A stretch of DNA of 54,651 nt, from positions 1 through 54,651 of the forward strand of contig JAPKZV010000113.1 of assembly GCA_026393585.1 (NCBI GenBank). The letters run 5' to 3'. The notes under the pieces are model-generated. The model worked only from the letters and a program-made list of their open reading frames with translations. It did not search any database and was not told the origin of the DNA. The DNA comes from Actinomycetota bacterium. GTDB taxonomy: Bacteria > Actinomycetota > Acidimicrobiia > Acidimicrobiales > Ilumatobacteraceae. The position numbers and the translations under genes are program-made. Below, piece by piece: positions 1-8,453 of this stretch; within the stretch, counting starts at the first letter, position 1; every line of letters starts with the position of its first letter.

Positions 1-287
1 TTGCAGCCCTAGAGAATTCCACTGAGCGTTCGTGCCGTTTTCAAACAGTGGTGGTGGTGTTGTGGCCAAATGGCGATGAAATTGTGGTGGAAGGCGTGTG
101 CGAAGGCACCATTGCGACACGTGAAACAGGAACGAGTGGTTTTGGTTTCGACGCTGTGTTTATTCCGGCCGATGGCGATGGAAGAACTTTTGCTGAAATG
201 AATGCGGTAGAAAAAAATGCAATGTCACATCGTGGACGCGCATTTGTTGAACTAGCGAAAGTACTTACCAACCACGTAGGTCAATAG
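1..287 (+). CDS. rdgB: dITP/XTP pyrophosphatase (RdgB/HAM1 family), C-terminal part; 5' end lies outside the window
   Basis: The frame is open from the window edge (codons start at nt 3: AALENSTERSCRFQTVVVVLWPNG...). The GFGFDAVF and MSHRGRAF motifs are typical of the RdgB C-terminus. Confidence 0.8.
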   Translation, partial: AALENSTERSCRFQTVVVVLWPNGDEIVVEGVCEGTIATRETGTSGFGFDAVFIPADGDGRTFAEMNAVEKNAMSHRGRAFVELAKVLTNHVGQ

Positions 288-1290
288 CCCATTCATCAAC
301 AATGAGCCCTTCACGGTGCACGAAGGCGCGCTCATGTTGCGACATGGTGGGGTCAATGTGCGCGGGTGTAATAAGCACGCGTTCGCCCACTTGGGGAAGT
401 GTGAGTGGCGCGGGAACGGGTTGCGATGCTGCATCGCGCTTCACTGCAAAGGTGATGTGTTCATCGGAGCAAAACCACACGTCGTAACCATCAACTTCGG
501 GGTTGCCGTGGTCCATGCCCAGTGCTTTGAGGCCAACATCGGCAACAGCCCATTGCGCTGAGCGAGAAATCACTGTTCCCACCACGTGGGCGGCTTGGAT
601 GAAGGGAAAACCCAACGTTGAATAGTGCGAGTCCATGAGCGCATAGCTTCCGGCTTGAAGCTCGGTGATGCCCGACGTTAAGTGTTCTTTGTAGGTTCCC
701 GTTCCGCCAGCAGAGATGATGTCGCCACCAACAATTTCTGCACATGCATGAAGAGTTTGCATCGCAGTATTGACCTGATGTGATTTGTCGGCAGTCTTTT
801 CCATCATGAGGTGACCTTCGTAGCCCATGACCCCGCGCACAGTGAGGCCAAGCGAGCGTGCAAGGTCGGCGAGGCGCCCGGCATCGTCCGGCTCGCAACC
901 ACATCGTGGCAGCCCAACAAAAACGTCGATGACAACTTTTTTGAGACCCGCACGAAACGCAGCACGAATGGTTTCTTCAGAGTCAACGGCAATGGTGACA
1001 TTGGTTCCGGCAAGCGCACCCAGGCGTGCCACATCGACACACTCATTGGCGAGCAGAATATCGGTGTTCAAGTTTGCCTTGGCAAGCCCAAGCACTTCAC
1101 GAGGAGTTGCGCAGGTGAAACCTGTGTGGCCGAAGCGTTCTTGCACTTTGGCAAGAGAGGTGCACTTATGGGCCTTCACATGGGGCCGCAGGGTGGTGCC
1201 GGGGTACGAGGCCGCCATGGCGGTCAAATTGTGCTCAAGCGCGTTGGCCTCAATGATGAGAGCCGGGGTTGGCAGGTCGTCGATGTACAC
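265..1290 (-). CDS. PLP-dependent D-serine dehydratase / D-threonine aldolase-like enzyme (DSD1 family, alanine-racemase N-terminal fold)
   Basis: 341-aa ORF. It has N-terminal DLPTPALII..N, the PLP-lysine motif RPHVKAHKC, LQAGSYALMD, and C-terminal TPAHIDPT. It starts with GTG at 1290. Its 3' end overlaps rdgB by 23 nt (convergent). Confidence 0.8.
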   Translation of the reverse strand: MYIDDLPTPALIIEANALEHNLTAMAASYPGTTLRPHVKAHKCTSLAKVQERFGHTGFTCATPREVLGLAKANLNTDILLANECVDVARLGALAGTNVTIAVDSEETIRAAFRAGLKKVVIDVFVGLPRCGCEPDDAGRLADLARSLGLTVRGVMGYEGHLMMEKTADKSHQVNTAMQTLHACAEIVGGDIISAGGTGTYKEHLTSGITELQAGSYALMDSHYSTLGFPFIQAAHVVGTVISRSAQWAVADVGLKALGMDHGNPEVDGYDVWFCSDEHITFAVKRDAASQPVPAPLTLPQVGERVLITPAHIDPTMSQHERAFVHREGLIVDEWAIDLRGW

Positions 1291-1291
1291 G

Positions 1292-1364
1292 TGCCGACGG
1301 AGAGACTCGAACTCTCACTGGCGGCGTCCTAAGCGCCGTGCCTCTGCCATTGGGCTACGTCGGC
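1292..1364 (-). tRNA. tRNA with anticodon UAG (nominally Leu, codon CUA) but a class-I (short variable loop) architecture
   Basis: Hand-folded cloverleaf: acceptor GCCGACG/CGTCGGC; D-arm GCC-CAATGGCAGA-GGC; anticodon stem CGGCG/CGCCG with loop CTTAGGA; variable loop CCAGT; T-arm GAGAG-TTCGAGT-CTCTC; discriminator A. It is 73 nt and CCA is not encoded. Confidence 0.75.
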
Positions 1365-1474
1365 GACGGTGGAAGGCTACCGAGAGATCGAGAAGAGTCA
1401 CGAAAATGACAAAGATTCATTGATTTTGGCCAATGAAGGCAAAGGGCGGGGAATTTCTTTGACAGAATGTAAAA

Positions 1475-2824
1475 GTGACAACAACTCAGCACTCCACCAG
1501 CGTCTCGGGCCTTTCCCCAGAAGCCCTCATTAGTCAGCTCGGTCTCGCCGACACGGTGGTCGACGAAAAGGCGCTCACCAACAGCGTGAAGCGCTTTGCT
1601 GAGCAGAAAATTGTCCTTCCCACCTTTGCTCAACTTGCCGACCCGTCAAAAATTCCCGCAAGCAACACCGCTGGCGTCGACAAAAATGCGCCCGATGCGC
1701 GCAACCTCTTTCGCGTGCACTGGTACAACGACATGGATGGCAACAGAGTAAGCGTGCCCGACTATGTCGTTCTGCCGCAGGCACTCACTGGTGTAGAAAG
1801 CCCCATTGTTGTTGCTTTCGGCGACCGCTTTCCCATGATCACAGCTCACAAGGTGTTGGCTGCATTTTCATGTTTCGTGCCTCGAGTCATTTCGGGCCAG
1901 TTCGACCCCACGCGTCATCGTGCGGTATGGCCAAGCACGGGCAACTATGCGCGTGGCGGAATTGCCATTAGCCGTATTTTGGGAAGTCGTGGCGTTGCGG
2001 TGTTGCCTGCTGGCATGTCGCAAGAACGCTTCGATTGGCTCGATAAATGGGTGGCCGACCCTTCCGACATTGTGCGCACGCCAGGCACCGAGAGCAACGT
2101 CAAAGAAATTTACGACGCATGTAATGAGATGGCCAAAGACCCCGGCAACTTTATTTTGAACCAGTTCTGCGAATTTGGAAACCACGTGGGCCACTACGCA
2201 GTAACAGGTACGGCACTTGCTCATATTTACGAGCACTTCCGCGAAAATTCAGGCAACAAAAACCTGCGTCTTGCTGCATTTACTTCTGCAACAGGAAGTG
2301 CTGGCACCATTGCTGCCGGCGACAAACTTAAAGATGTTTACGGCACCAAAGTGGTGGCAGTTGAAGCATTGGAATGCCCCACCATGTTGGAGAACGGTTT
2401 TGGTGAGCACAACATTCATGCAATTTGCAATGTGATTGCGGCAATTAAAACAGCAAAACTTCTCAACTACGGACCCGACGATGTGCTCATTACCATCGCA
2501 ACCGATGGTGGCGCCTTGTACCCAAGTGAGCGTGAAAAAACTCTTGCCCGCCGTTTCAAGAACGACTTCACAGCAGTCGATGCGGCCGAAGTATTTGGTG
2601 AGCATGTGGGTGCCATTGGAACTGGTGCAATGATCGACTGCACTGAGCGAGATCGCAATCGCATCTTCAACCTGGGTTATTACACATGGGTTGAGCAGCA
2701 GGGAACACCGCTCGATGTGTTTGAAGCTCGTCGCTCACAGTCGTTCTGGCGCCACATCCGCACGTATCAGCCGGTGTGGGACAACATGATTACTGAATTC
2801 AACGCCCGCGTCGCTGCACAATAG
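1475..2824 (+). CDS. fold-type II PLP-dependent enzyme (cysteine-synthase-like family with a long N-terminal extension); substrate unknown
   Basis: 449-aa ORF with a GTG start. It has the lysine region FPMITAHKV, an STGNYARG loop, the glycine loop SATGSAGTIAAG, and ALECPTMLENGFGEHNI. See the finding on a possible internal gap at about 2417. Confidence 0.7.
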   Translation: MTTTQHSTSVSGLSPEALISQLGLADTVVDEKALTNSVKRFAEQKIVLPTFAQLADPSKIPASNTAGVDKNAPDARNLFRVHWYNDMDGNRVSVPDYVVLPQALTGVESPIVVAFGDRFPMITAHKVLAAFSCFVPRVISGQFDPTRHRAVWPSTGNYARGGIAISRILGSRGVAVLPAGMSQERFDWLDKWVADPSDIVRTPGTESNVKEIYDACNEMAKDPGNFILNQFCEFGNHVGHYAVTGTALAHIYEHFRENSGNKNLRLAAFTSATGSAGTIAAGDKLKDVYGTKVVAVEALECPTMLENGFGEHNIHAICNVIAAIKTAKLLNYGPDDVLITIATDGGALYPSEREKTLARRFKNDFTAVDAAEVFGEHVGAIGTGAMIDCTERDRNRIFNLGYYTWVEQQGTPLDVFEARRSQSFWRHIRTYQPVWDNMITEFNARVAAQ

Positions 2825-2828
2825 AGAT

Positions 2829-4139
2829 ATGAAAACGCAGGTCATCGACAGCCTGCAGTGTGCTGTATGCGGTGCACGGGTGCCTGTTGATCAACCGTTG
2901 TCGTGGCGTTGCCCGCAGGCAAATAGTGACGACCGACATCACGTTTTGCATTTCGTCGGTGCGCCAAGTGCAAACAACTTTCAGCCTGTGGAATCGGAAA
3001 ACCCATTTGTGCGTTTCCAAGAGTTGTTGGCGTGGGATGCTTTTGCTGCACAACACGGAACTTCATTCGGTGAGCGCCGAGAGTTCATTGAACGCCTCGA
3101 TGCGCAAGTGGCAGGCGTTGCAGGAGTGGGGTTTCGCCGCACTCCCTTTGCTCGCCATGCAGAGTTGTCACGCGTGTTGGGCTTTGAAGGAACTGGCGGC
3201 TTATGGGTTAAAGATGAAACACACAACGTTGCCGGATCTCAAAAGGCACGACATCTCTTTACTGAGTTATTGCATTTAGTTTTTGCTGAAGAAAAAGGTC
3301 TTGCCCCATGGGGCGCAAATCGTCCCGAACTTGCTATTGCTTCTTGTGGAAATGCTGCAATCGCAGCAGCAACTCTTGCAGCAAGCGTGCAGTGGCCTTT
3401 GCGCGTGTTTGTGCCAGAGAGTGTTGACGCAGTGGTGTTGGAAACTTTGCGCTCACTTGGCGCTCATATTGAGGTGTGCATGCGTCAACCAACAGATCCT
3501 GCCGGTGATCCGTGCGTACTGCGTTTTCAAGAGTATGTGTCACGCGGTTCATTGCCCTTCGGCGTGCAAGGTACCGAAAATGCATGGTGCCTCGACGGTG
3601 GGCGAATGATTGGTCTTGAGATGCTCGAGCAATTTCCGAACACTCAACAACTCCAGCGTATTTTTGTGCAAGTAGGTGGCGGTGCATTTGCTTCTGGCAT
3701 TGGCGACGCATTGCGTATTGCTGAAGTGCAAGGAACTCATTTGCACGCAGTGCAAACACAAGGTTGCAGCCCGTTGGCGCGTGCATGGAATCGTGCTGAG
3801 CAAACCGGGGGAACTTTGAATGCGGGTGCGCGCTGGAGTGAGTGCATGTGGCCGTGGGAAGAAGTGCCTACATCGCTAGCCGATGGCATTTTGGACGATG
3901 AAACCTACGACTGGATCTCTATTTGCGACGCAATGACACGTACCGGTGGGTTCCCCGTTGTTGCACCGGAATCAGATGTTGTTGCTGCATTTCAACTGGC
4001 ACAAAAGAGTTCGGGCATCAATGTGAGCCCCACGGGTGCGGCTGGTCTTGCTGGGTTGCTCACCCATGTATCTCAGAACAAGGGCAATTACGAACAAGAA
4101 AATATTGCAGTTGTCTTTAGTGGAGTACTGCGTTCATAG
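2829..4139 (+). CDS. threonine-synthase-like fold-type II PLP enzyme with an N-terminal Cys-rich (zinc-ribbon-like) segment
   Basis: 436-aa ORF. It has CAVCG...WRCPQ at the N-terminus, WVKDETHNVAGSQKARH (Ser-x-Lys PLP motif), ASCGNAAIAAA, and VQVGGGAFASG. It starts 4 nt after the previous PLP gene, so the two are probably an operon. Confidence 0.7.
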   Translation: MKTQVIDSLQCAVCGARVPVDQPLSWRCPQANSDDRHHVLHFVGAPSANNFQPVESENPFVRFQELLAWDAFAAQHGTSFGERREFIERLDAQVAGVAGVGFRRTPFARHAELSRVLGFEGTGGLWVKDETHNVAGSQKARHLFTELLHLVFAEEKGLAPWGANRPELAIASCGNAAIAAATLAASVQWPLRVFVPESVDAVVLETLRSLGAHIEVCMRQPTDPAGDPCVLRFQEYVSRGSLPFGVQGTENAWCLDGGRMIGLEMLEQFPNTQQLQRIFVQVGGGAFASGIGDALRIAEVQGTHLHAVQTQGCSPLARAWNRAEQTGGTLNAGARWSECMWPWEEVPTSLADGILDDETYDWISICDAMTRTGGFPVVAPESDVVAAFQLAQKSSGINVSPTGAAGLAGLLTHVSQNKGNYEQENIAVVFSGVLRS

Positions 4140-4145
4140 AGGCGC

Positions 4146-4694
4146 TCAAGCGACTTCTAGGAGTTTTCCGTTATCAACATCGTAAACGAATCCGCGAATG
4201 TTGTCTTTGTGCAAAATGAACGGCGAATGTTTTAAACGGCTCATACTTTGGCGAACATCTTCATGTGGGTCTTTAAACGCTTCAAAAGACCAGCCGGGTT
4301 TAATGCCGCTTTCGCTCACGAGCTCATCGTAGAAACTGCCCTCGTTCAAATTTTCCAAACCGCAGTCGGTGTGATGGATTAAAATAATTTCACAAGTATT
4401 GAGGCGGCGCTGCGAAATGACTAACGATCGCACGACATCGTCGGTGACCACGCCGCCTGCATTTCTAATGATGTGGGCATCGCCATGGTCGAGACCCAAC
4501 ATTTGAAAAATATCCATGCGGCTATCCATGCAGGCCACAATGGCGAGGCGACGTTTTGGCTTGACATTGAGCCCGTGGTCGGCAAAGGCCTCTACAAAAG
4601 TGGTGTTGTGTCCGCGCAACTCTTCGGCATTGGCGAGAAAGGTGGTTTCTGCGTTTTTCACGATGACATTCTGCCACTTTCTCGCTCTGCTCAT
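4146..4694 (-). CDS. beta-class carbonic anhydrase
   Basis: 182-aa ORF with the zinc-ligand motifs CMDSRMD and HHTDCG. Confidence 0.85.
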   Translation of the reverse strand: MSRARKWQNVIVKNAETTFLANAEELRGHNTTFVEAFADHGLNVKPKRRLAIVACMDSRMDIFQMLGLDHGDAHIIRNAGGVVTDDVVRSLVISQRRLNTCEIILIHHTDCGLENLNEGSFYDELVSESGIKPGWSFEAFKDPHEDVRQSMSRLKHSPFILHKDNIRGFVYDVDNGKLLEVA

Positions 4695-4751
4695 TCATTT
4701 TTATGGCGACGCAACTTAGAGACCGAGGGTGAGGGGCAGTAGCCTAAGGGC

Positions 4752-5372
4752 ATGACTTCGCACGTGTCGCACAACACATCGTCCATTATCACTCCAATGG
4801 GAGCCGACTCAGGCTCAGGAGACGCGCGTTTCGACGTGTTCGGCCGCCTCATGAAGAACCGAGTCATCATGCTCGGTACCGACGTGAACGACGACATTGC
4901 CAACCAAATTTGTGCGCAGTTGTTGTACCTCGAAGGCGAAGACTCCAATGCCGACATCTGGCTGTACATCAATAGCCCAGGTGGTTCCATCACTGCCGGT
5001 ATGGCTATTTACGACACCATGCAGTTTGTCTCGTGCGACATTGCAACAGTGTGTATGGGCCTTGCTGCATCAATGGGCCAGTTCCTTCTCACCGCTGGTG
5101 CAAAGGGAAAGCGCTACACCTTGCCAAACGCTCGCATCATGATGCATCAACCACTTGCAGGTCTGCGCGGACAAGCAACCGATATTGCTATTCAAGCCGA
5201 GCAGTTGCACCACGTGAAGCACAAGATGGCAGAACTCACTGCATTTCACTCAGGTAAAGAAATCGCCCAAATTCAAGCCGACAGCGAGCGTGACCGTTGG
5301 TTTACCGCCGAGTTGGCTCAGGAATACGGATTGGTTGACAAGGTCATTGTGAAGCGGGGCGAGATCCGCTGA
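4752..5372 (+). CDS. clpP: ATP-dependent Clp protease proteolytic subunit ClpP (solitary copy, not next to tig/clpX)
   Basis: 206-aa ORF with YINSPGGS, the catalytic-Ser context GLAASMG, MMHQP (His) and DSERDRW (Asp). The start could instead be the internal Met at 4797. Confidence 0.9.
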   Translation: MTSHVSHNTSSIITPMGADSGSGDARFDVFGRLMKNRVIMLGTDVNDDIANQICAQLLYLEGEDSNADIWLYINSPGGSITAGMAIYDTMQFVSCDIATVCMGLAASMGQFLLTAGAKGKRYTLPNARIMMHQPLAGLRGQATDIAIQAEQLHHVKHKMAELTAFHSGKEIAQIQADSERDRWFTAELAQEYGLVDKVIVKRGEIR

Positions 5373-5772
5373 TATCAACCGCGCACGTATCGAGAGTCCA
5401 CTTCATTGCGCGTTGCGCAGCGGTGTTGCTTTCGTAAGCGTGCTTGGTAACAGCTTCAACATCGGTGGCATTGCCGGTGTTAATGCGAGAGGCGTCGGCA
5501 AGTACGGCCGTGAGCGCATCCCAATCTTTTGACACATCGATGGGTGCAACTTTGCCAATTCGCTCGTAGCTGGCAACTAATAGGTCAATATCGTTTTGCG
5601 TTGCAATGGGTGCGTTGATTTGCGCCATTTCTTTGGCCAACTGTCGGCAAAACTGAGTTCCGGTGCGCTTTGGCTCGGAGCATGAAGATGCCCCTGCCAT
5701 AAAAATTGCACAACTTATTGCCACAAAAGCACTACGTCGCCACACACGGAGATGTTGAGGTGATTTCTTCAC
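5344..5772 (-). CDS. hypothetical secreted protein or lipoprotein
   Basis: 142-aa ORF. It has a basic N-terminus, a hydrophobic stretch, and a lipobox-like AGASSC. No family was recognised. It overlaps the clpP 3' end by 29 nt (convergent). Confidence 0.5.
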   Translation of the reverse strand: MKKSPQHLRVWRRSAFVAISCAIFMAGASSCSEPKRTGTQFCRQLAKEMAQINAPIATQNDIDLLVASYERIGKVAPIDVSKDWDALTAVLADASRINTGNATDVEAVTKHAYESNTAAQRAMKWTLDTCAVDISGSRPASQ

Positions 5773-5837
5773 TGTCGACAGTTTCCCACATGCATTTTCC
5801 TACGGGATGCATTTCATCGTGACGAAAGTGAGGTCTG

Positions 5838-7343
5838 GTGTTTTCGAGCATTAGGTCAGCAACATTGCTCGGTATTCAAGGAACGCCGATTTCTGTTGAA
5901 GTGCATATTGGTAGTGGTTTGCCTGGGTTTACAGTCGTTGGACTTCCCGACGAAGCGTGTCGAGAAGCACGTGACCGAGTGCGTGCGGCTTTGTTGTCGA
6001 GTGGTGCGCAATGGCCCAATAAAAAAATCACGGTGAACTTAGCGCCCAGTAGTCAACGCAAAGGTGGGGTCGGGCTCGACCTTGCTTTAGCCATGGGAAT
6101 CTTGAGCGCTAGTGGTCAAATACCCAGCGACAACTTGGCCGAATATTCTTTTGTTGCCGAACTCGGACTCGATGGGTCGTTGCGCCCAGTGCCAGGTGCC
6201 GCGCCGCTCGTTGCCGGGCTGCGTGAATATCGCGTTGTAGTAGCACCACCCAACGCGCGTGAAGCAAAAGTAGCTAGCCCACGCAGTATTCATTGTGCAG
6301 CTACCTTGCGCGATGTAGTTCTTGCTTTACGTGGTGAGTGCGAATGGGCCGATACTTCAGCTCAAGAGAACGTGAAAGGAACCACTCGCTTTGCCGACAT
6401 GAGTGATGTGCGCGGGCAACCCACAGCACGTCTTGCTGCAGAAATTGCAGCTGCTGGTGGGCACCATATTTTGTTTGTGGGCTCACCTGGTGCAGGCAAG
6501 ACCATGATTGCGGAGCGTTTGCCCGGATTATTGCCTCCACTCACTAATGAAGAAGCAGTGACGGCAACGATGATTCATTCTGCAGCAGGGGCGTCATTGC
6601 CACCAGGCGGGCTCATTTCGTTTCCTCCGTTTCGCGCGCCGCACCACAGTGCTTCGATGATTGCAATGGTGGGCGGGGGAAGTGGCGTCTTGCGCCCAGG
6701 TGAAGCATCGTTGGCACATGGCGGCGTGCTTTTCTTAGACGAAGTGGGTGAGTTCATGCCATCGGTACTCGATGCATTGCGCCAACCACTAGAAGAAGGT
6801 GAAGTACGTATTGCGCGAGCAAGTGCTGGAGTCACTTTGCCTGCAAGGTTTTTATTGGTCGGCGCTACCAACCCTTGCCCATGTGGTGGTGGCGCACCTG
6901 GGGCATGTGTGTGCAATGAAACAGCGCGGGCTAGGTATTTACGTAGGTTGTCGGGTCCTTTTCTCGATCGCTTCGACCTGCGCGTTGCTGTGGCCATGAC
7001 GGGAGTAGAGGAGTTGCTCGATGTATGTGAAGGAGAACAAAGCGCGGCAGTGCAACAACGTGTTGCTCGCGTGCGGGAACTCTCGTTGCATCGCTCGGGT
7101 GGTGTGAATGCTCGGTTGTCTGCTCAAGAGTTAGATACGCATGCGCCACTCACGAACGCAGCACGCGATGTTCTTCGTAGTGAATTGGAGCGTGGTCGAC
7201 TCACAGGGCGTGGGTATCACCGCATTCGTCGTGTTGCTCGCACGCTTGCCGACTTGTCGGGCAATGACGGAGAGATTGAGCAAGACACTGTTCGCGTGGC
7301 ACTTCTCATGCGTACACGTCTGCATGAAAGAGAAGTTGCGTGA
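5838..7343 (+). CDS. comM: YifB/ComM family Mg-chelatase-like AAA+ ATPase
   Basis: 501-aa ORF with Walker A GSPGAGKT, Walker B LFLDEVGEF, GATNPCPCG, and LSGPFLDRFDL. Confidence 0.9.
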   Translation: MFSSIRSATLLGIQGTPISVEVHIGSGLPGFTVVGLPDEACREARDRVRAALLSSGAQWPNKKITVNLAPSSQRKGGVGLDLALAMGILSASGQIPSDNLAEYSFVAELGLDGSLRPVPGAAPLVAGLREYRVVVAPPNAREAKVASPRSIHCAATLRDVVLALRGECEWADTSAQENVKGTTRFADMSDVRGQPTARLAAEIAAAGGHHILFVGSPGAGKTMIAERLPGLLPPLTNEEAVTATMIHSAAGASLPPGGLISFPPFRAPHHSASMIAMVGGGSGVLRPGEASLAHGGVLFLDEVGEFMPSVLDALRQPLEEGEVRIARASAGVTLPARFLLVGATNPCPCGGGAPGACVCNETARARYLRRLSGPFLDRFDLRVAVAMTGVEELLDVCEGEQSAAVQQRVARVRELSLHRSGGVNARLSAQELDTHAPLTNAARDVLRSELERGRLTGRGYHRIRRVARTLADLSGNDGEIEQDTVRVALLMRTRLHEREVA

Positions 7344-8431
7344 TGAGCAAACTCCTTGGTTTGCCGGCATGGGCGTATGCGGCTGCACTTTCTCAACTTG
7401 ACGGCATGACGCCAAAGAAGTTACGTATTGCGTTGTTGCATGAAGACCCTGAAGAAGCCTGGGCAAGAGCAGTGTGTGATTCCGTCATCACTGATGAAGC
7501 TGTTGCACGCATTTGTGAACGTTGTGAGCAAGAAAATATAGAAGTGGTTTACATAGGAGATCCGAATTATCCACGCGCATTGCGCTACGACCCCACGCCT
7601 CCCGCGGTGCTTTTCTACAGAGGTTCGCTCAGTGCTTTGCAGCAACGACGTGTGGGCATTGTGGGCACAAGGTCGCCAACGCCATCGGGGGTGTACACCG
7701 CGCGGGAATTTGGTGAGCAGTTAGCAGCTAACGAAATTGCAGTGGTGTCGGGTCTTGCTCGCGGAATAGATGGCGCGGTACATCACGGAATGAAATTGCA
7801 TTACGAGGAAGTGGCGCACGCGGGTCATGGCGCTCTTGGCAAACCCATTGGCGTGGTGGCGTGCGGACTCGATGTGGTGTACCCAAAAAGCAATGCCGGG
7901 TTATGGGCTTGGGTAGGAGACTGTGGGCTTTTGGTGAGCGAATACGGGCCAGGAGTACAGCCCGAGCCCTACCGTTTCCCTCAACGCAATCGCATTATTG
8001 CGGCACTGTCTGAAGTGGTGGTTGTGGTGGAGTCGCGTGAGTCGGGTGGTTCTATGCTCACCGTTGCCGAAGCAATTCGGCGAAATATTGAGGTCTTTGC
8101 CGTGCCAGGTTCACCCCGAGTTGCATCTGCTGGTGGAACCAACCTGCTCATTCAACAGGGCTGCGGGCCAGTCACCAGTGTTGATGACCTCTTTGCTGCT
8201 CTCGCGCTCGATCATCGCCGCGAGTCGAGAAGCAATTATGAAACGCGCGTTGCTCCCGATGCCCACGATCAAGATGTCCTTCTTGCATGCACCGACGGAG
8301 CAGTGACACTTGACCACCTCGTACTGTCGCTCAATAGACCACTGCACGACATTGCGGTGAGTTTGGGTCGCCTTGAAGCGCTGGGTTGGGTGGTCGATAC
8401 CAATGGATGGTGGGAAGCACTTATGAGGTAG
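7340..8431 (+). CDS. dprA: DNA-processing protein DprA
   Basis: 363-aa ORF with GTRSPT..G, VVSGLARGIDGAVH, and FPQRNRIIAALS. It has a 4-nt overlap with comM. Confidence 0.9.
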   Translation: MMSKLLGLPAWAYAAALSQLDGMTPKKLRIALLHEDPEEAWARAVCDSVITDEAVARICERCEQENIEVVYIGDPNYPRALRYDPTPPAVLFYRGSLSALQQRRVGIVGTRSPTPSGVYTAREFGEQLAANEIAVVSGLARGIDGAVHHGMKLHYEEVAHAGHGALGKPIGVVACGLDVVYPKSNAGLWAWVGDCGLLVSEYGPGVQPEPYRFPQRNRIIAALSEVVVVVESRESGGSMLTVAEAIRRNIEVFAVPGSPRVASAGGTNLLIQQGCGPVTSVDDLFAALALDHRRESRSNYETRVAPDAHDQDVLLACTDGAVTLDHLVLSLNRPLHDIAVSLGRLEALGWVVDTNGWWEALMR

Positions 8432-8453
8432 CTCTACCTACTACCTTGAAGGT

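Noticed and set aside
1326-1332. TAG in the anticodon loop of the first tRNA, suggesting an amber suppressor or stop-codon recoding
   Set aside because: The anticodon reads 5'-UAG-3', which pairs with the Leu codon CUA. An amber suppressor would need the anticodon CUA. TAG, TAA and TGA all terminate well-conserved genes at the expected positions in this window.
1459-1464. Perfect TTGACA hexamer upstream of the first fold-type II PLP gene
   Set aside because: It lies only 10 nt before the GTG start, so it cannot serve as the -35 for that start. No properly spaced -10 was found.
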